Below, in pieces: positions 24,537-37,471 of a stretch of 64,000 nt of DNA; position 1 is the stretch's first letter; the number at the start of each line of letters is the position of its first letter. The notes beneath the pieces are model-generated. The model worked only from the letters and a program-made list of their open reading frames with translations. It had not been told where the DNA came from and did not search any database. Location of the stretch: assembly GCF_021869535.1 (NCBI RefSeq), contig NW_026262690.1, positions 80,972,001 through 81,036,000 on the forward strand. Reading direction: 5' to 3'. Source of the DNA: Mytilus californianus (Eukaryota). The position numbers and the translations under genes are program-made.

Positions 24537-24760
24537 AGTGGGTCTCATTGGGGTCTAAGCGTGACGCGGGATTGCCGATTTTTTGTAGGCGTGAAAGTGA
24601 AAGTCAAATTATTGTGCCGTGAAAACGGGAAATGAAGTCTAGCAGGACACAGGAAATTATACAAAAAAATGAGAATTGATTATGCACATAGTGTAAGCGG
24701 GATATGGGAATCTGACAAAACAGTAAGCGGGATCCGGGATCAGAACCCCCCAATGAGACC
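24537..24760. mobile_element. MITE with GGGTCTCATTGGGG TIR
   Basis: GGGTCTCATTGGGG / CCCCAATGAGACCC; CCCATTAG direct repeat on both flanks (hAT-like 8-bp TSD, exact boundary ambiguous). Confidence 0.75.
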
Positions 24761-26079
24761 CCCATTAGAAAATTAATATTTTTAGTTTCCTGATATACAA
24801 GTATCTCTGATTTTGTTATATGTCAGTTATGAGCTGAGGTACGAAATTATTAGTTTTAAGTTTGTGAAAATAATTTTAACAAGTTTGCATTAATTTAGTA
24901 TAGAATCTTTTTCTTGTATTAACACCACATTTATTTCACACCCAATATGCATAAAATATCTTGTTTGTAACAAGAGGATATCACAATTACATGTATTGTA
25001 TCATAAGTCCACATGAAATTAATTTTTCTATTCTTATTCCCATTCCTTCTGAACATTTTTCTTTGATTTCTAAGTTTATTTTATATTTTCAAATATTTCT
25101 ATCAAATTCCTACCAATTTTGGTTTTAAAAAAAATTAATCTGCCCTCTTCTGAAACTTTTTGTATGGGAATCTAAAATTTGATTTGTGTACCTAAATCTA
25201 CTGTGTACTGTAATGAATTTTTATTTTGAAACAGAAAATGTTGTTATACATAAACATGTATGCTTGATTTATTTACTTAAAACTGATTGTAAAATAATAA
25301 CTGGTAATAATTGTTAGATAATATGTGAATAAAGTTATTAAAAGGATGTTTTCATTTTTCAGCAAACTTGTGCAATGACCATGAGAGCAGTTGCATTCTA
25401 CAAATATATATTTTTTTTTTTGCTTATTTCTTTCAAAAACAGCCAGGCCATCCAGAATCAAACTTGAAAAATATAACAAACAAAAGATCACTTACAAATT
25501 GTTCATCTAGTTCTAAATGCAGGCACTTTGGGCAAGGCCCCCCCCCCCTTATTTTTGCTTACGATTTTTTTTTCTGCAGAAAATATAGGAGTAAGAAGGA
25601 AACTGTACATGGCAAAAAAATTCAGCATGACAAAATCTACTATTATCGTCATTTGATTCCTTTTAGGAGAGGAGTAATTGTCCTTGAAAGATGATTTTTA
25701 TCCATTTTTTTTTGGCAAACCTTTAATAGATTGAAAGAAAACTGTAAACAGCAAAAATAATCATCAGGACAGGATCTACAAAAAAGTAAATATGCAAATC
25801 AGGAGCCATTAATTCAGTGGTTGTCCTTGGTTGCTGTCTGTTATATCTGTTTTTCGTTTATTATTTTGTCACAAATCAGGCAGCTGTTTTTTTTCGTTTG
25901 AATTGTTTCACATTTCTACATGTCGGAGGTATTTATACATGACTTTAGAGTATGGATTATACTCATTGTTGATGGCTATACAGTGACCTATAATTGCTTA
26001 AATCCACTTTATTTGGTCTGTATTGGATATTTGTCTCATTGGCAATCATACCACATCTCCTTATTATACCCAACACAAT

Positions 26080-26692
26080 GTTCTGTAGGGTATAATGTTT
26101 TTGACCCGTCCGTCCATCCCTCAGTCCTGTTCTTGTCATCTCAACTCCTCTGAAACCACACAACAGAATTTCATGAAACTTTGTAGATAATAAGGACATA
26201 ATATGGAAATGTGCATATCGACAGGAAATTATGACACAATTTTTGTTCTAGGAGCAATGCCCTTTTGAACTTAGAATTTGGACTAAATAAACTACTGCAA
26301 GAGTTTGTCATCGCAACTCCTCTGAAACCACACAACAGAATTTCATGAAACTTTGTATATAGTAAGGACATATTATGTTGATGTGCATATCGACTGGAAA
26401 TTGTGATTCAATTTTTATTTTAGGAGTTGTGCCCTTTGAACTTGGAATTTTTGCCTAAATATACTACTGCAAGAGTTTGTCATCGCAACTCCTCTGTCAC
26501 CACTCAACAGAATTTTATGAAACTTTGTAGATAATAAGGACATAATATGTAAATGTGCATATCCACAAGAAATTTTTATCAGTTGACTTTTGTAGGAGCT
26601 ATGAGTCTTTGAACTAAGGCATCTGGTGAGATTTTGTTTGCCCAGTGACAATGTGGGGGCATTGGGAATGTGAGCGTGCTCAAAGGTTCTTT
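26080..26692 (+). mobile_element. HINE-like element with three ~172-bp repeats
   Basis: CCGT microsatellite head; AACTCCTCTGAAACCAC at ~26142 and ~26315, variant at ~26486. Confidence 0.7.
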
Positions 26693-26721
26693 AATTAAAT
26701 GGCCAAAATCTTCAGATGACC

Positions 26722-27853
26722 CTTTTTAGCTCACCGGGGTCCGAAGGGCCCCATGTGAGCTTATGCCATCACTTGCAGTCCATCGTCGTCGTCTGTCGTC
26801 GTAAACTATTTCAAAAATCTTCTCCTCTGAAACTACTGGGCCAAATACCTTCAAACTTTAACTAAATGTTCCTTAGGGTATCTAGTTTATAAATTGTATC
26901 CGAAGTTTTGATCCATTGACAAACATGGCCGCCATGGCTAAAAATAGAACATAGAGGTCAAATGCAGTTTTTGGCTTATATCTCAAAAACTAAAGCTTTT
27001 AGAGCAAATCTGACATGGAGTAAAATTGTTCAATTGGTCAAGATCTATCAGCTCTGAAATTTTCAGACAAATCGAACAACCCATTGTTGGGTTGCTGCTC
27101 CCGAATTGGTAGTTTTCACAAAATTTTGCAGTTTTTATTATTTTGAATATTATTATAGATATATGTAAACTGTAAGCAGCAATAATGTTCAGCAAAGTAA
27201 GATCTACAAAACAGTTAATATGACCATAATTGTCAATTGACCCCTTAAGGAGTAATTGCCCTTTAAAGACAATTTTACACAATTTGTTCATCAAGTTTGC
27301 TAACATTTAAAAATCTTCTCCTCTGAAACTACTTGGCCAATTACCTTCAAACTTTAAATAAATGTTCCTTAGGGTATCTTGTTTATAAATTGTATCCGAA
27401 GTTTGTATCCATCGACAAACATGGCCGCCATGGCTAAAAATAGAACATAAGGGTCAAATGCAGTTTTTGGCTTATATCTCAAAAACTAAGTCTTTTAGAG
27501 CAAATGTGACATGGGGTAAAATTGTTTAATTGGACAAGATCTATCGGCCCTGAAATTTTCAGACAAATCGAACAACCCATTGTTGGGTTGCTGCTCCCGA
27601 ATTGGTAGTTTTAACAAAATTTTGCAGTTTTTTGTTATTATTTTGAATATTATTATAGATATATATAAACTGTAAGCAGCAATAATGTTCTACAAAACAG
27701 TTAATATGACCATAATTGTCAATTGACCCCTTAAGGAGTTGTTGCCCTTTAAAGACAATTTTACACAATTTGTTCATCAACGTTTGCTAACATTTAGAAA
27801 TCTTCTCCACTGAAATACAGGTGAGCGATTCAGGCTCTTGAGAGAGACTTGTT
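26722..27853 (+). mobile_element. HINE-like element with ~490-bp internal repeats; a more decayed relative follows to ~28765
   Basis: Head TTTTAGCTCACC...GTGAGCT plus (GTC)n; tail CAGGTGAGCGATTCAGGCTCTTGAGAGAGACTTGTT; inverted relative to 12088-13880. Confidence 0.8.
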
Positions 27854-29262
27854 AGAAGTTATTGCCTTTGAATGACTTTACCAATTTTGGGGTATACATG
27901 TATTGGGGTTTTTATTTTTGCAGAAATGTAATAGATAGAAGATGTAAATAACAAAATGATCAGCAAAACAGATCTACTAATGAGTAGAATAAAAAAATTG
28001 CAACCAACAATCAATCAATCCAATATGATTGAAGTCCTATAAGAATTAATCCTTTTAGGTGTTGTTGCCCTTAATTAAATGATAATTTTAAACTAAATTC
28101 TGAGTGTTTGTCTATTATTGTAAAAAACAGTTATAGATAAGGTAAAAACTGTAGAGAGCAAACCTGGTCAGCAAATACAAAATGTACAAAAATGTTAATA
28201 AGACCAAAACCATTAGATGACTATTTAGGAGTTTAATGCCCTAAAATGAATAGTTTTTACTAATTTTGAGTTTTTACCTGTTATCCTGTAAATTTTAATA
28301 GATAAATTTACACTTAAAAGATAAAAAAAATAAATAAAAAAAACCAATATTAGACCTACATGACCTACAAAAATGCCTACATGACCGAGACCATTCAATG
28401 ACTTCTTACACGATTTATTGCTTTTAAATAATAAGTTTTGGCTAATTGTGTTTTTTGTCCATTATCTTAATAAATAATAGATAGGAAGACTATAACAACA
28501 AATGTGACCAGCAATATTTTACAAGATCAACAAAAAATGAATATATGACCTAATTATTGGATGACTCCTTACAGGAGTTATTGCCCTTAAAATATGATTT
28601 TTGGATTAATTTTCAAAGTTTGCATTTTATGTCGGAAACTATAAAAGATAGGAAGGAAACTTGAAACACTAAAAAATTATCAGCAATTAATATATAATTT
28701 GAGGTGCTTCTTGATAACTGAAAAAGGTGGGTGAGTAATTCAGGTTGTTAGGGACCTCTTGTTTCAAATCAAGTGGTCTTCCTGTCTTGGTTCTTTTGTT
28801 AATTTTCAAAATCCAGACATCTCAGTTGAAATGTATATATCATTTCAACTGAGATGTCTGGATTTTGAAAATATATATCATTTCAACGTTAAAGATCTTT
28901 GACACCCTGTGAACAATGTTACCATGCGGGAACCTTAAATTATCACTACACAACTATAAAACATATTTTCCTTCGGTTTTCTCCAGATTGTTCTTAATTA
29001 AGTGAATCCAGTTTTTGCGGTTTTCTGCGACATAAAAATACAACCCTCCTGGCATATGAAAATTTGCATGATATCTCAGTGCATGCTTAAAGTTGGTGCA
29101 AAATCAAACTTTTACATGGAATTATAAACTGTTGTATGCATACAGAAAATTGAAACTTTTGTAGACCGATTGCAAATGGTGTTGCGGCAACTGTGCCAAA
29201 AGTTTGTTTCAAATCTATTTCTCTTGATAGGTATTCGATCAATTTTTACAAGATTTCCCGTC

Positions 29263-29317
29263 ATGGCATGGCGTTCGAGTGGCAACAATAACACTGACTT
29301 GATTAACAACTTGAAAA
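29263..29317 (+). CDS. PCMT1: PCMT1 exon 1 ([18 protein letters not shown])
   Basis: ATG at 29263, GTAAGT donor, phase 1. Confidence 0.92.
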
Positions 29318-32300
29318 GTAAGTATTTGACTATAACATGAGGACTTTACTCATTGCTAAGTCGCCACAGACCTACTCGACCCAACATTTAACCAACTCGA
29401 CCCTTTAAGTAAAAGGAGTTATGGCCTAATCCTGCTAAACAAAATACCTCCTGAGTTTGCTTACTACTCTATGAAGAGGAGTTAATTCCCTCTTAAAAAT
29501 GACCCAAGAACAAGAGAAGTCAAAATTGCCAAACTATATGAACCAAGGAAAAGAGTCTAATACTGCTGATTAAGGTTCATCAAAAGGAATTGAAAATATG
29601 GCCGTGTTTACACCACAAAATCTACTATGAGTACAGACAAACTGATGCATCTAGGAAAGTTTTAAGGTATGGCAGGACCTAGATATATAAAAGTTATATG
29701 TAGTCTTATGTTTCAGAAAATTCAAAACTAACATGGATTTTGATGTGAATTTTTTTCCAGTCTGCAGAAGATAGCAAAATAAACACATGAGTTTCATTTG
29801 ATACGGTCCACTCAGTTACACAGCTTTAATCACCTGTTGTTTGCAGATGTCTATTGTCCATCTATTGTCCATTTAATTCAATACTATTCACAACATTTAT
29901 TATATGAGGGGAGCTTCGCAAAACCTCTTTTCCAACTTAGTTTATTTTGGCACCTTCTGCAGGAATGAAAAAAAATGAATAGCAAAATCCAGAAAAGTTT
30001 ATAATTTTCTGAAACATAAAATGCATTTAAAATTTAATTATCTAATTCCTGCCATGCCTTAAAACTTTACCAGGTGCACAGGTTTGTCTCTACTCAGAGT
30101 AAAATTTGTGGTGTAAATACGGCCATATTAGCTAAAAGGTTGTGATGAACCTTAAAGAATGGAAAACTATTTCAAATTGGAGTTAAAAATTTTGAATTCC
30201 CATACAGTTAAACCCTGAGAATCTCATCTCCTTGAAATTTAAAGTGCCAGGATGTTCGTAAATATGTATGCATGTTTCTAAGCAACTGTTCTGTTTCAAT
30301 GATGCTTTCCTGTATTTTTCAAAGCATTTTCACCTCCATTATGAAAATCTGCACATATTCAATATGGCTGCAATAACCATGAAAGGGCCTATTATAAAAA
30401 AAAGCAGTTTAAACAGGAACATGACAACTCATACTTTTCAGAGGCGGATTTAGGGGGAGGGCCCAGGGGCCCGGGCCCCCCCTTTTGTGGGAAAAATTTG
30501 GTTGATTATATAGGGAATCACTGAAGCATGACTGGAGCGGGCCCCCTCTTAGGCAGTCAGTGGGCCCCCACTTATGAAAATTTCTGGATCCGCCACTGCT
30601 TTTAACAATTAGTACTTCAACCAGCTCATACCCATTTATATAGCATTGTTATGTATCATTTAATTAGATTAATCGTAAACTTAATGATCATTTTGTATTT
30701 TATAGTTGAAGTTGTCTGAGACATGTATAAGTATGGAATACACCATATTAAATCTCTTTGATTGTGAAGTAACATTAAAAATAAGAAGATGTGGTATGAT
30801 TGCCAATGAGACAACTCTTCACAAGAGACCAAATGACACAGAAATATATAAGAAATATAGGTCACCGTACGGCCTTCTAAAAGGCCCCGAAATGACAAAT
30901 GTAAAACTATTCAAACGAGAAAGATACATGTAACGGCCTGATTTATGTACAAAATAATGAATGAAAAAACAAATATGATATACAGCAACAAACGATAACC
31001 ACTGAATTACAGGCAAGTTCATCAGTTTTCCCTTGTTGGCAAATGAGAACATACTGCACTTCATCTTCAGATCAAAATTTGAATTTTGCAATTTATATTT
31101 CAGATATTTAAAAGATAATAATGAGACTACATTAATGAATTTTCTTGAGTTTTCCTTGTTGAACATTGCTTTCGGTGAAAACAGTGGTTGTAAAAGTATA
31201 CCTCAATTAACAGACTTTGATATTCAAAGTGTAGCATTTAATATGAGGCAGGTGTTACCTGTGAATGAGGATGAAGTCTGTATAAATTTATTTTTTGAAT
31301 TCAAGCATATTTTAACTCATGAACTCCAGAATTGTTGAAAAAGTAACGGAAATGCAGAAACGTTTCTGATGTTGGTCTTGTTGTTCTGAATTTTTTTTGT
31401 GACATCATTTTCAATGTAAACAAAGAAACACTATCATCAGGTAACTTTTTTTTCATGTCAAAGAATTATCAAAATAAAGTTGTTATAATTTATATCTTTA
31501 ACCGACGAAGATACCAAATCATCTTGTTATTCTTATCAGATACTGAAATCTGACTGATTGATCAGGCGAGTCTCAAGAGAACACATTTTGTTTGCTATAA
31601 ATTCGTATGTTGAATAAGCTCCAGACTCATTTTAAAATGTTAGGAATTTATTTTAATTGTTTAACTGGCAGTATTCTTTCGGTAAATAAAAACAACAAAT
31701 TTGCAGGAAACAATATGATGCTCCTTCCTATATTTTACTCAAACTCCTTTGACAAACAAGACCTGAAGAAAGAGAGAGATTTCTTCGCAAATGCGAGAAA
31801 CTAAAAAAGTTAGTAAAAAAAGTTAACGATTTTGAGTTCATTAGTATACATGTATTGATTTTTTTTTTTTATTTTATTTTATTTTCTTACTGTAATTCGG
31901 GATAATTGGGTCTATTATCCACTAATGATCACTAATTAGTATATTTTATAATCAAAATTTCAGAATTCTAAAAAGATTTACTTACACAGACCCTGAAATT
32001 GTTATTCCTTTAGAGTTAAGACCCTAGCAAATTTATATTGAATCATAATAGTTAAAAAGTATGAATAAAAAGAGATGCTGGGCATGAAGATTCTGTTTAA
32101 ACCATACATTCTTTAATGATAGATTTTGATGAACAAAATGCCTACATGTATAGCAAGCTCTATATCAACCAATGTATAATGACTAAGTTCTGAATGAATA
32201 CAACAGAGATGTCCAAATTACAGAAACCATTGATTTCTGTAAAACTTCATGAAGGCACAGCAACAACCTGGCTTGAGACAGGTACACACTAAAATTTTGC

Positions 32301-35300
32301 AGGGTTTTAATACTGAACCCTCTCCATAATGAACAAGATCAGACAGTAAAAAAGAAAAAAAGAATGAGAACTTATGATCTTTTTATTTTATTTTTTGTTT
32401 CTGAATTAACAAAATAAATGATGAGTAGTCCAAAATATACTGATAAATCAACAAATTAAACTTTTTCCATATTTATTTTTTTAGTGGGAGTCCAGAAATT
32501 ACTTTATACTTTATTTAAGATTGAGTGTTCAGAACTAACAAAGTATTTTGTATTTTTTAGGAAATGGAATTTTAAAAACGCCAGAAGTTATTGAGGCTAT
32601 GAAACAAGTGGATAGAGGAAGCTTTGCTAAGTATAATGCATATGCAGATTCCCCTCAATCCATTGGATATGCAGTTACCATTAGTGCCCCTCATATGGTA
32701 AATACTATAAGTTCGCTAAGTCAAATTACCTGCCCTTGGTTGACAAGTAGTTATGGTGGTACACTATGTAGTCACTTTGTGTAAGTATTTTATTTTATTC
32801 ACAAAAAAATTGAGATGGGTATGTACATGTAAGTGTTATTAGTTTACAACACACACATATGTTTTCTTTTCTCCAATCATCTCCAATATTAATATCTTCC
32901 TACAAAATTAACATAAGGGAAGACCACACCGAATTTAATCTTTATTATTTGGATATGAAAAAAATCTGTATTAAACCTTCATTTATATTCCAATCTTTAC
33001 TTTACAGATAGATGTACAAAGGTTTCCAAAATTTCACCATATGGTTTTGAAGCATGCAGTCACAAGTATTGCATGATTGTAGTTAATCTCTGAATTCTTA
33101 TGGATTTATACAGATTAATAAAGTAAAAATTGACCTACATTTCAGCATGCTCATGCCTTAGAGTTACTAGCAAATCACTTGACAGAAGGGAAAAGGGCGT
33201 TAGACGTAGGATCAGGGAGTGGTTATTTAACAGCTTGTATGGCTATAATGGTAAGTTTTAGGGTAAAGATCAAAACCAATATCTTCCCAGGTTGACCACT
33301 ACCTTTGATAGTTCAAACAAAATAGTGCAGTGAAATGATCATTATTTAGATCCTATATCCAATCAATGTAATGCAATTAATTGATGATATGTTATACTTT
33401 GATATTTAAGTTCCAGTATGATGTGTATTTGAATTACCATACTAATTAAAAATTACGTAAGTAATGCATTGTGTATGAATCTGGAGACCTTGAATCTGTT
33501 ATAAAAAATAGGCTTAACTACATATGTACAATCATGAACAAAGGAAGATAACTCCAACTCAAATTTTCAACTTGCCTAGCAAAATACAATTTCAATATTT
33601 TATTTTAAAATTCTCAAAATTTGCAAGATTTACCCTTCAATGCTCACAAGCACTTTGATTATCTTATTTGGCTGATGGTCATATATCTGTGGTGTATGTT
33701 CTTTTCACATTTTAATCTTCCTCTGGGGAACCTGTGAACAGAGTAGTACAAAACTGTGCAGGAATGTTCTTGACAATATCCTTTTGTACTGATTCTTCAA
33801 CAAAAAAATGGCTGCCTCTGCCTATTCTTGTTTCTGATTGGCTAGACTTTGAACTACAGCTGCTTTGTTATACCTTTTATTTGAGAAAAAATGGTATTCT
33901 ACATTTTTACCTTTGCAAGGTGAGCAGTGATTCAAGCTCTGGAGCCTCTAGTTAAAAAAAAACAGTATTTTGATGTGGCATACGGTTCTCGCCACTAAAA
34001 TACCAGCAATTAATTAACATATAAATGCCAGTTCACCAGTAATAAGACGTTGCCCTATAATGGTGACCTTGAGTATCAGGATAATAAGAAGCACTTAAAA
34101 ACTAACATTTTCTGTGATTCACTTAGATAGGGAAAGTGTTAAGATGCCATTAGGAGGCCAACAATCATTCAATTTTAGCTACATGAGCTAGTAATTTTTA
34201 GAAATCTGACAATATTTTTCTCCACTCAACTATATATTTGTCATTTTAGCTTGGAGAAAATGGGAAAGCTGTTGGCATTGATCATATTCCAGAACTAGTG
34301 GATGAGTCCATTAAAAATATGAAGAAAAATACAATAACAAAACAACTGATGGAATCTGGTAGGATGGTTTTAGTGGCTGGAGATGGTAGAAAAGGCTACC
34401 CTCCTGAGGCCCCATACGATGCCATCCATGTTGGAGCAGCAGCTCCACATTTACCAGAGGCTGTAAGTTGATATCATAGAAATGAGGTTTATTAAGGGAA
34501 ATATATGAGTAGGGCCTGGAAGACATTCACTGCGTCCTTCTACCAAAATGCTCTTGTTATTAAAAGATTTCTATGGGTGAGAAACACATCTTAACAAAAG
34601 ATTATGTTGGTCCATGCATGTGACCATTTTAGTCTGAAGCAAAAACTATCATAAGTTAGCCTTAATTATGAATTTCATCATTACAGTACACTTTTTTTTT
34701 CAACATATTTATCGACAAATGTTTATGAAAACTAATGAACTTACATTTCACAGAATTTTTTGGCCAATGTTGCCCCTCTGTGAAACTACCGGTACTCCTT
34801 TGTAGTAACTACATTGTACATCATGGGTTTAGTTGATCATCTTATGAACAGGAGATTTTTTCAAGTATTCTTGCTCTTAATGTCTTGTATCAATAAAAAT
34901 GGAAAAACCATTACACCAATCAGGCGAAGTAATTGAAAATTGTAGAGTATTATGGATTGTGTATGCATCATGAGACATTTGTGATATAGAAAATTAATGA
35001 AATGAAAAATATATGTAACATAAATCATAAGAAATTACAAATATTTCTGAGATAGTTAGTGCAAATTTCATGAAAGTGGGAGAAGAAATTTGTTTTAATT
35101 TATCGGTTTGAATAAAAGGAATAAAAAGTTAGTTTTGTTCACATGCTGTACTTACTTATAAGATATAAACTTTGTACTTTCAGCTTGTTGAGCAGCTGAA
35201 GCCTGGTGGAAGATTAATTGTCCCAGTTGGTCCACAAGGAGAACACCAACATCTGTTACAAGTGGATAAGAATGAAGACGGAACCATTACCAAGCAGAAT

Positions 35301-35363
35301 CTTATGGGTGTTATCTATGTTCCGTTAACAAGCAAAGACAAACAGTGGCCAAGGTTTAAATAA
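29263..35363 (+). CDS. PCMT1: Protein-L-isoaspartate(D-aspartate) O-methyltransferase, 229 aa (alternative 233-aa KDEL isoform via 37032-37053)
   Basis: Exons 29263-29317, 32561-32697, 33146-33250, 34250-34462, 35184-35363; MAWRSSG start, [21 protein letters not shown] motif, [23 protein letters not shown]. Confidence 0.97.
29574..30151. mobile_element. Kolobok-like MITE with ~200-bp TIRs and TTAA TSD in PCMT1 intron 1
   Basis: TTAA|GGTTCATC ... GATGAACC|TTAA; arms share ATATGGCCGT.TTTACACCACAAA etc. Confidence 0.8.
30439..30598. mobile_element. GC-rich MITE with CAG(T/A)GGCGGAT TIR
   Basis: CAGAGGCGGATTT ... GGATCCGCCACTG; CTTTT on both flanks. Confidence 0.75.
30776..31012 (-). mobile_element. 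Copy of an abundant 3'-anchored dispersed repeat (other copies ~10165-10212, ~25850-26065, ~55272-55370, ~62085-62175)
   Basis: Shared GAGTTGTCTCATTGGCAATCATACCACATCTTCTT followed by a T/AT-rich end. Confidence 0.75.
32561..32697 (+). CDS. PCMT1: PCMT1 exon 2
   Basis: [21 protein letters not shown]...[19 protein letters not shown]. Confidence 0.96.
33146..33250 (+). CDS. PCMT1: PCMT1 exon 3 (SAM motif I)
   Basis: [35 protein letters not shown]. Confidence 0.97.
34250..34462 (+). CDS. PCMT1: PCMT1 exon 4
   Basis: [17 protein letters not shown]...[28 protein letters not shown]. Confidence 0.97.
35184..35363 (+). CDS. PCMT1: PCMT1 exon 5 (ends QWPRFK*; internal donor at 35353)
   Basis: [19 protein letters not shown]...[14 protein letters not shown]. 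Confidence 0.96.
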   Translation, partial: LVEQLKPGGRLIVPVGPQGEHQHLLQVDKNEDGTITKQNLMGVIYVPLTSKDKQWPRFK

Positions 35364-35856
35364 TATGCATGTTGGATCTTCCTTCTGTTACATGTGGTTA
35401 TTATTCTTTTGGTGCTTAGTTATTCCATCATTCCATTTCGTTTGACTGCTTGTTTACGTACTGCATATCTTCATTGCATTAAAAATGGTTCTATTTATGA
35501 TTATGCTGTAGGAAAAACCTTTTGAAGAACATGTGTGTATCCTATTTTGCCAAAACTGATAGTTGTATTGAACAATTTTATTTTGAAAAATAGCAAGGAT
35601 GACTTGTTTTCATTTTCATGATAAATTTTAGATGAAATACCAATTAAAAATATTCAAAATTATAGATGTGACCATTTTTTCTTGTCAGAATCGTGTGTTT
35701 GTGTCATAATCATATCCTTAATATCCCTACAATTACACATGGTGGTGGTTTAATAGGAAATGATTAATGTATAATTTCTTATCATTTAGCAATGCAAAAT
35801 GTTTGTATTTCACAAACCACATATTTTTTTTGAAATATGAGGATGGAAATCATTTA

Positions 35857-36064
35857 CTGTGGATTCATTTATTTTCGTGGGTACCAAATTTCGTGGATTG
35901 AGGAAAAATTGCAGTTTTGTGGATATTTGATTTCGTGGTTTTGCAAATGTCTGCATTCAAAGCAATAGACCTTTTGTAATTCGTTGAACATTTAAATTTG
36001 TGGTTCACCTTTTCCAACGAAACCCACGAAAATAGGTATCAAACGAATAATAATGAATCCACAG
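35857..36064. mobile_element. TA-flanked MITE (208 bp)
   Basis: TA|CTGTGGATTCATT ... AATGAATCCACAG|TA perfect TIR; internal TTCGTGG repeats. Confidence 0.85.
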
Positions 36065-37031
36065 TATTTAATATTTTTTATTCACAGGAAAAAACGACAT
36101 ATTTCAAAAGTCAAATCATAACATATTTATCATATCAAGTAAAGTACAACCTTCTGACTATCCTTCAACAATTGTCCACAACAAGTTGTTGCTCAATGTT
36201 GAATACTAACTGATAATACTGACATTTGGGTTCCTTCAGAATTTGATTTGTTTTTGATGATTTAAATGTTTGAGCAATTGAATTTAGATTATTTAGAACC
36301 TCTCAGATACATGAACTAGGATTTACAAATTTGCATGTAAATTATGAGTGGAACCAGGAAGTTGATGTCACATCAACTTGAAACTTAGTACACAACAATG
36401 ACAAGGTTTTTTTTTTTAACGTCCTTGACTACCCATGAGGGTCTTGCACGGTCGGCTCTTAGTACTTATGTTTTTTGTAAACTTTTATATATGCCACAGT
36501 TTTGACTCTTGATTTCCCCATTCACTGATCATAGAAAAGTGATAGTGTGAAAGCAGTACATTCTTAGGTTAAAGGCTAAAGGACTGTGAATCAAATTTTA
36601 TTTGACCTTATTGTTTTGCATGTTTTAAATACTATTGTTATTAAGTTATTTTTAAAGTAAACATAGTATGTATCATGATTTCTCATTTCACTCATAACTT
36701 ACATACAATCAAAAGCAAAATCATGCTAACTTAACTGGATTTCCAAGTAAAATTCTGGTCATTTATCCTGTTTTGTATTTCAAATATTGAAAGTTAAATT
36801 TTAGCATACATTGTACATACAAATATAGCTCTTGAATTGCTATTGTAGAAACAACTACAGTTAAAAGCTGTGTGAAAGACTGTTTTGATATAGATTTAGA
36901 TTCCACTTTCCAATTTTTTGAAGGAGGAGGGGGGTTGGAAGAGCACACAAAATAAAATATTATGTGAATCATATTTAACCACACAAGAAACACATTTCAT
37001 GACTTGTAATCTTTTCATTTGTTTTATTTAG

Positions 37032-37053
37032 CAGCAGTAAAGATGAATTGTAG
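37032..37053 (+). CDS. PCMT1: Predicted alternative PCMT1 terminal exon encoding (S)SSKDEL*
   Basis: Strong polypyrimidine tract and TTTAG acceptor; joins donor CCA AG|GT (35353) in frame: AGC AGC AGT AAA GAT GAA TTG TAG. Confidence 0.75.
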
Positions 37054-37471
37054 CTGCTGACAACATTATCTTCCAGAAAACAAGTGCTATCTATGTAAGC
37101 TGTATCCAATGATTCCCTGACACTTTTTCGTTCAGACATTTATACAAATACTCAACATAAGGTATCATTCACAAGTTATGAAGTTCACAAGAAGAATGTT
37201 ATTTACAGTGAAGCCAGCTTAGATGAAACCAATTTGAACTGTGGTTAGACAGGTGTTACACAGGTTAAATCACAAAGGAATTTTTACTATGTCCTTATTC
37301 AGTTTACACATGTTTCCAATTTATGCAATGTTCAGTTCAGACAATATCCACTGTTTTCATTTGAAAAAATCCTTAATATGGTATTGATATTTGTTTCTCT
37401 AAAACTAAATGTTCTCAGAGTATTTTTTTCTGTATTTCTAGTAGAAACAGGGGGAAAAATTAAACAAATAA

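Noticed and set aside
28950-29060. Possible NUP43 first exon head-to-head with PCMT1 (FMSQKTAKT resembles recalled FVSQKISKT)
   Set aside because: Frame hits TAA after a few codons, there is no donor site, and no WD40 exons were found between VRK1 and PCMT1
31033-31338. 101-aa ORF in PCMT1 intron 1 (possible decayed transposon protein)
   Set aside because: No recognisable catalytic motif, no splice or TIR support; cannot be assigned without a search
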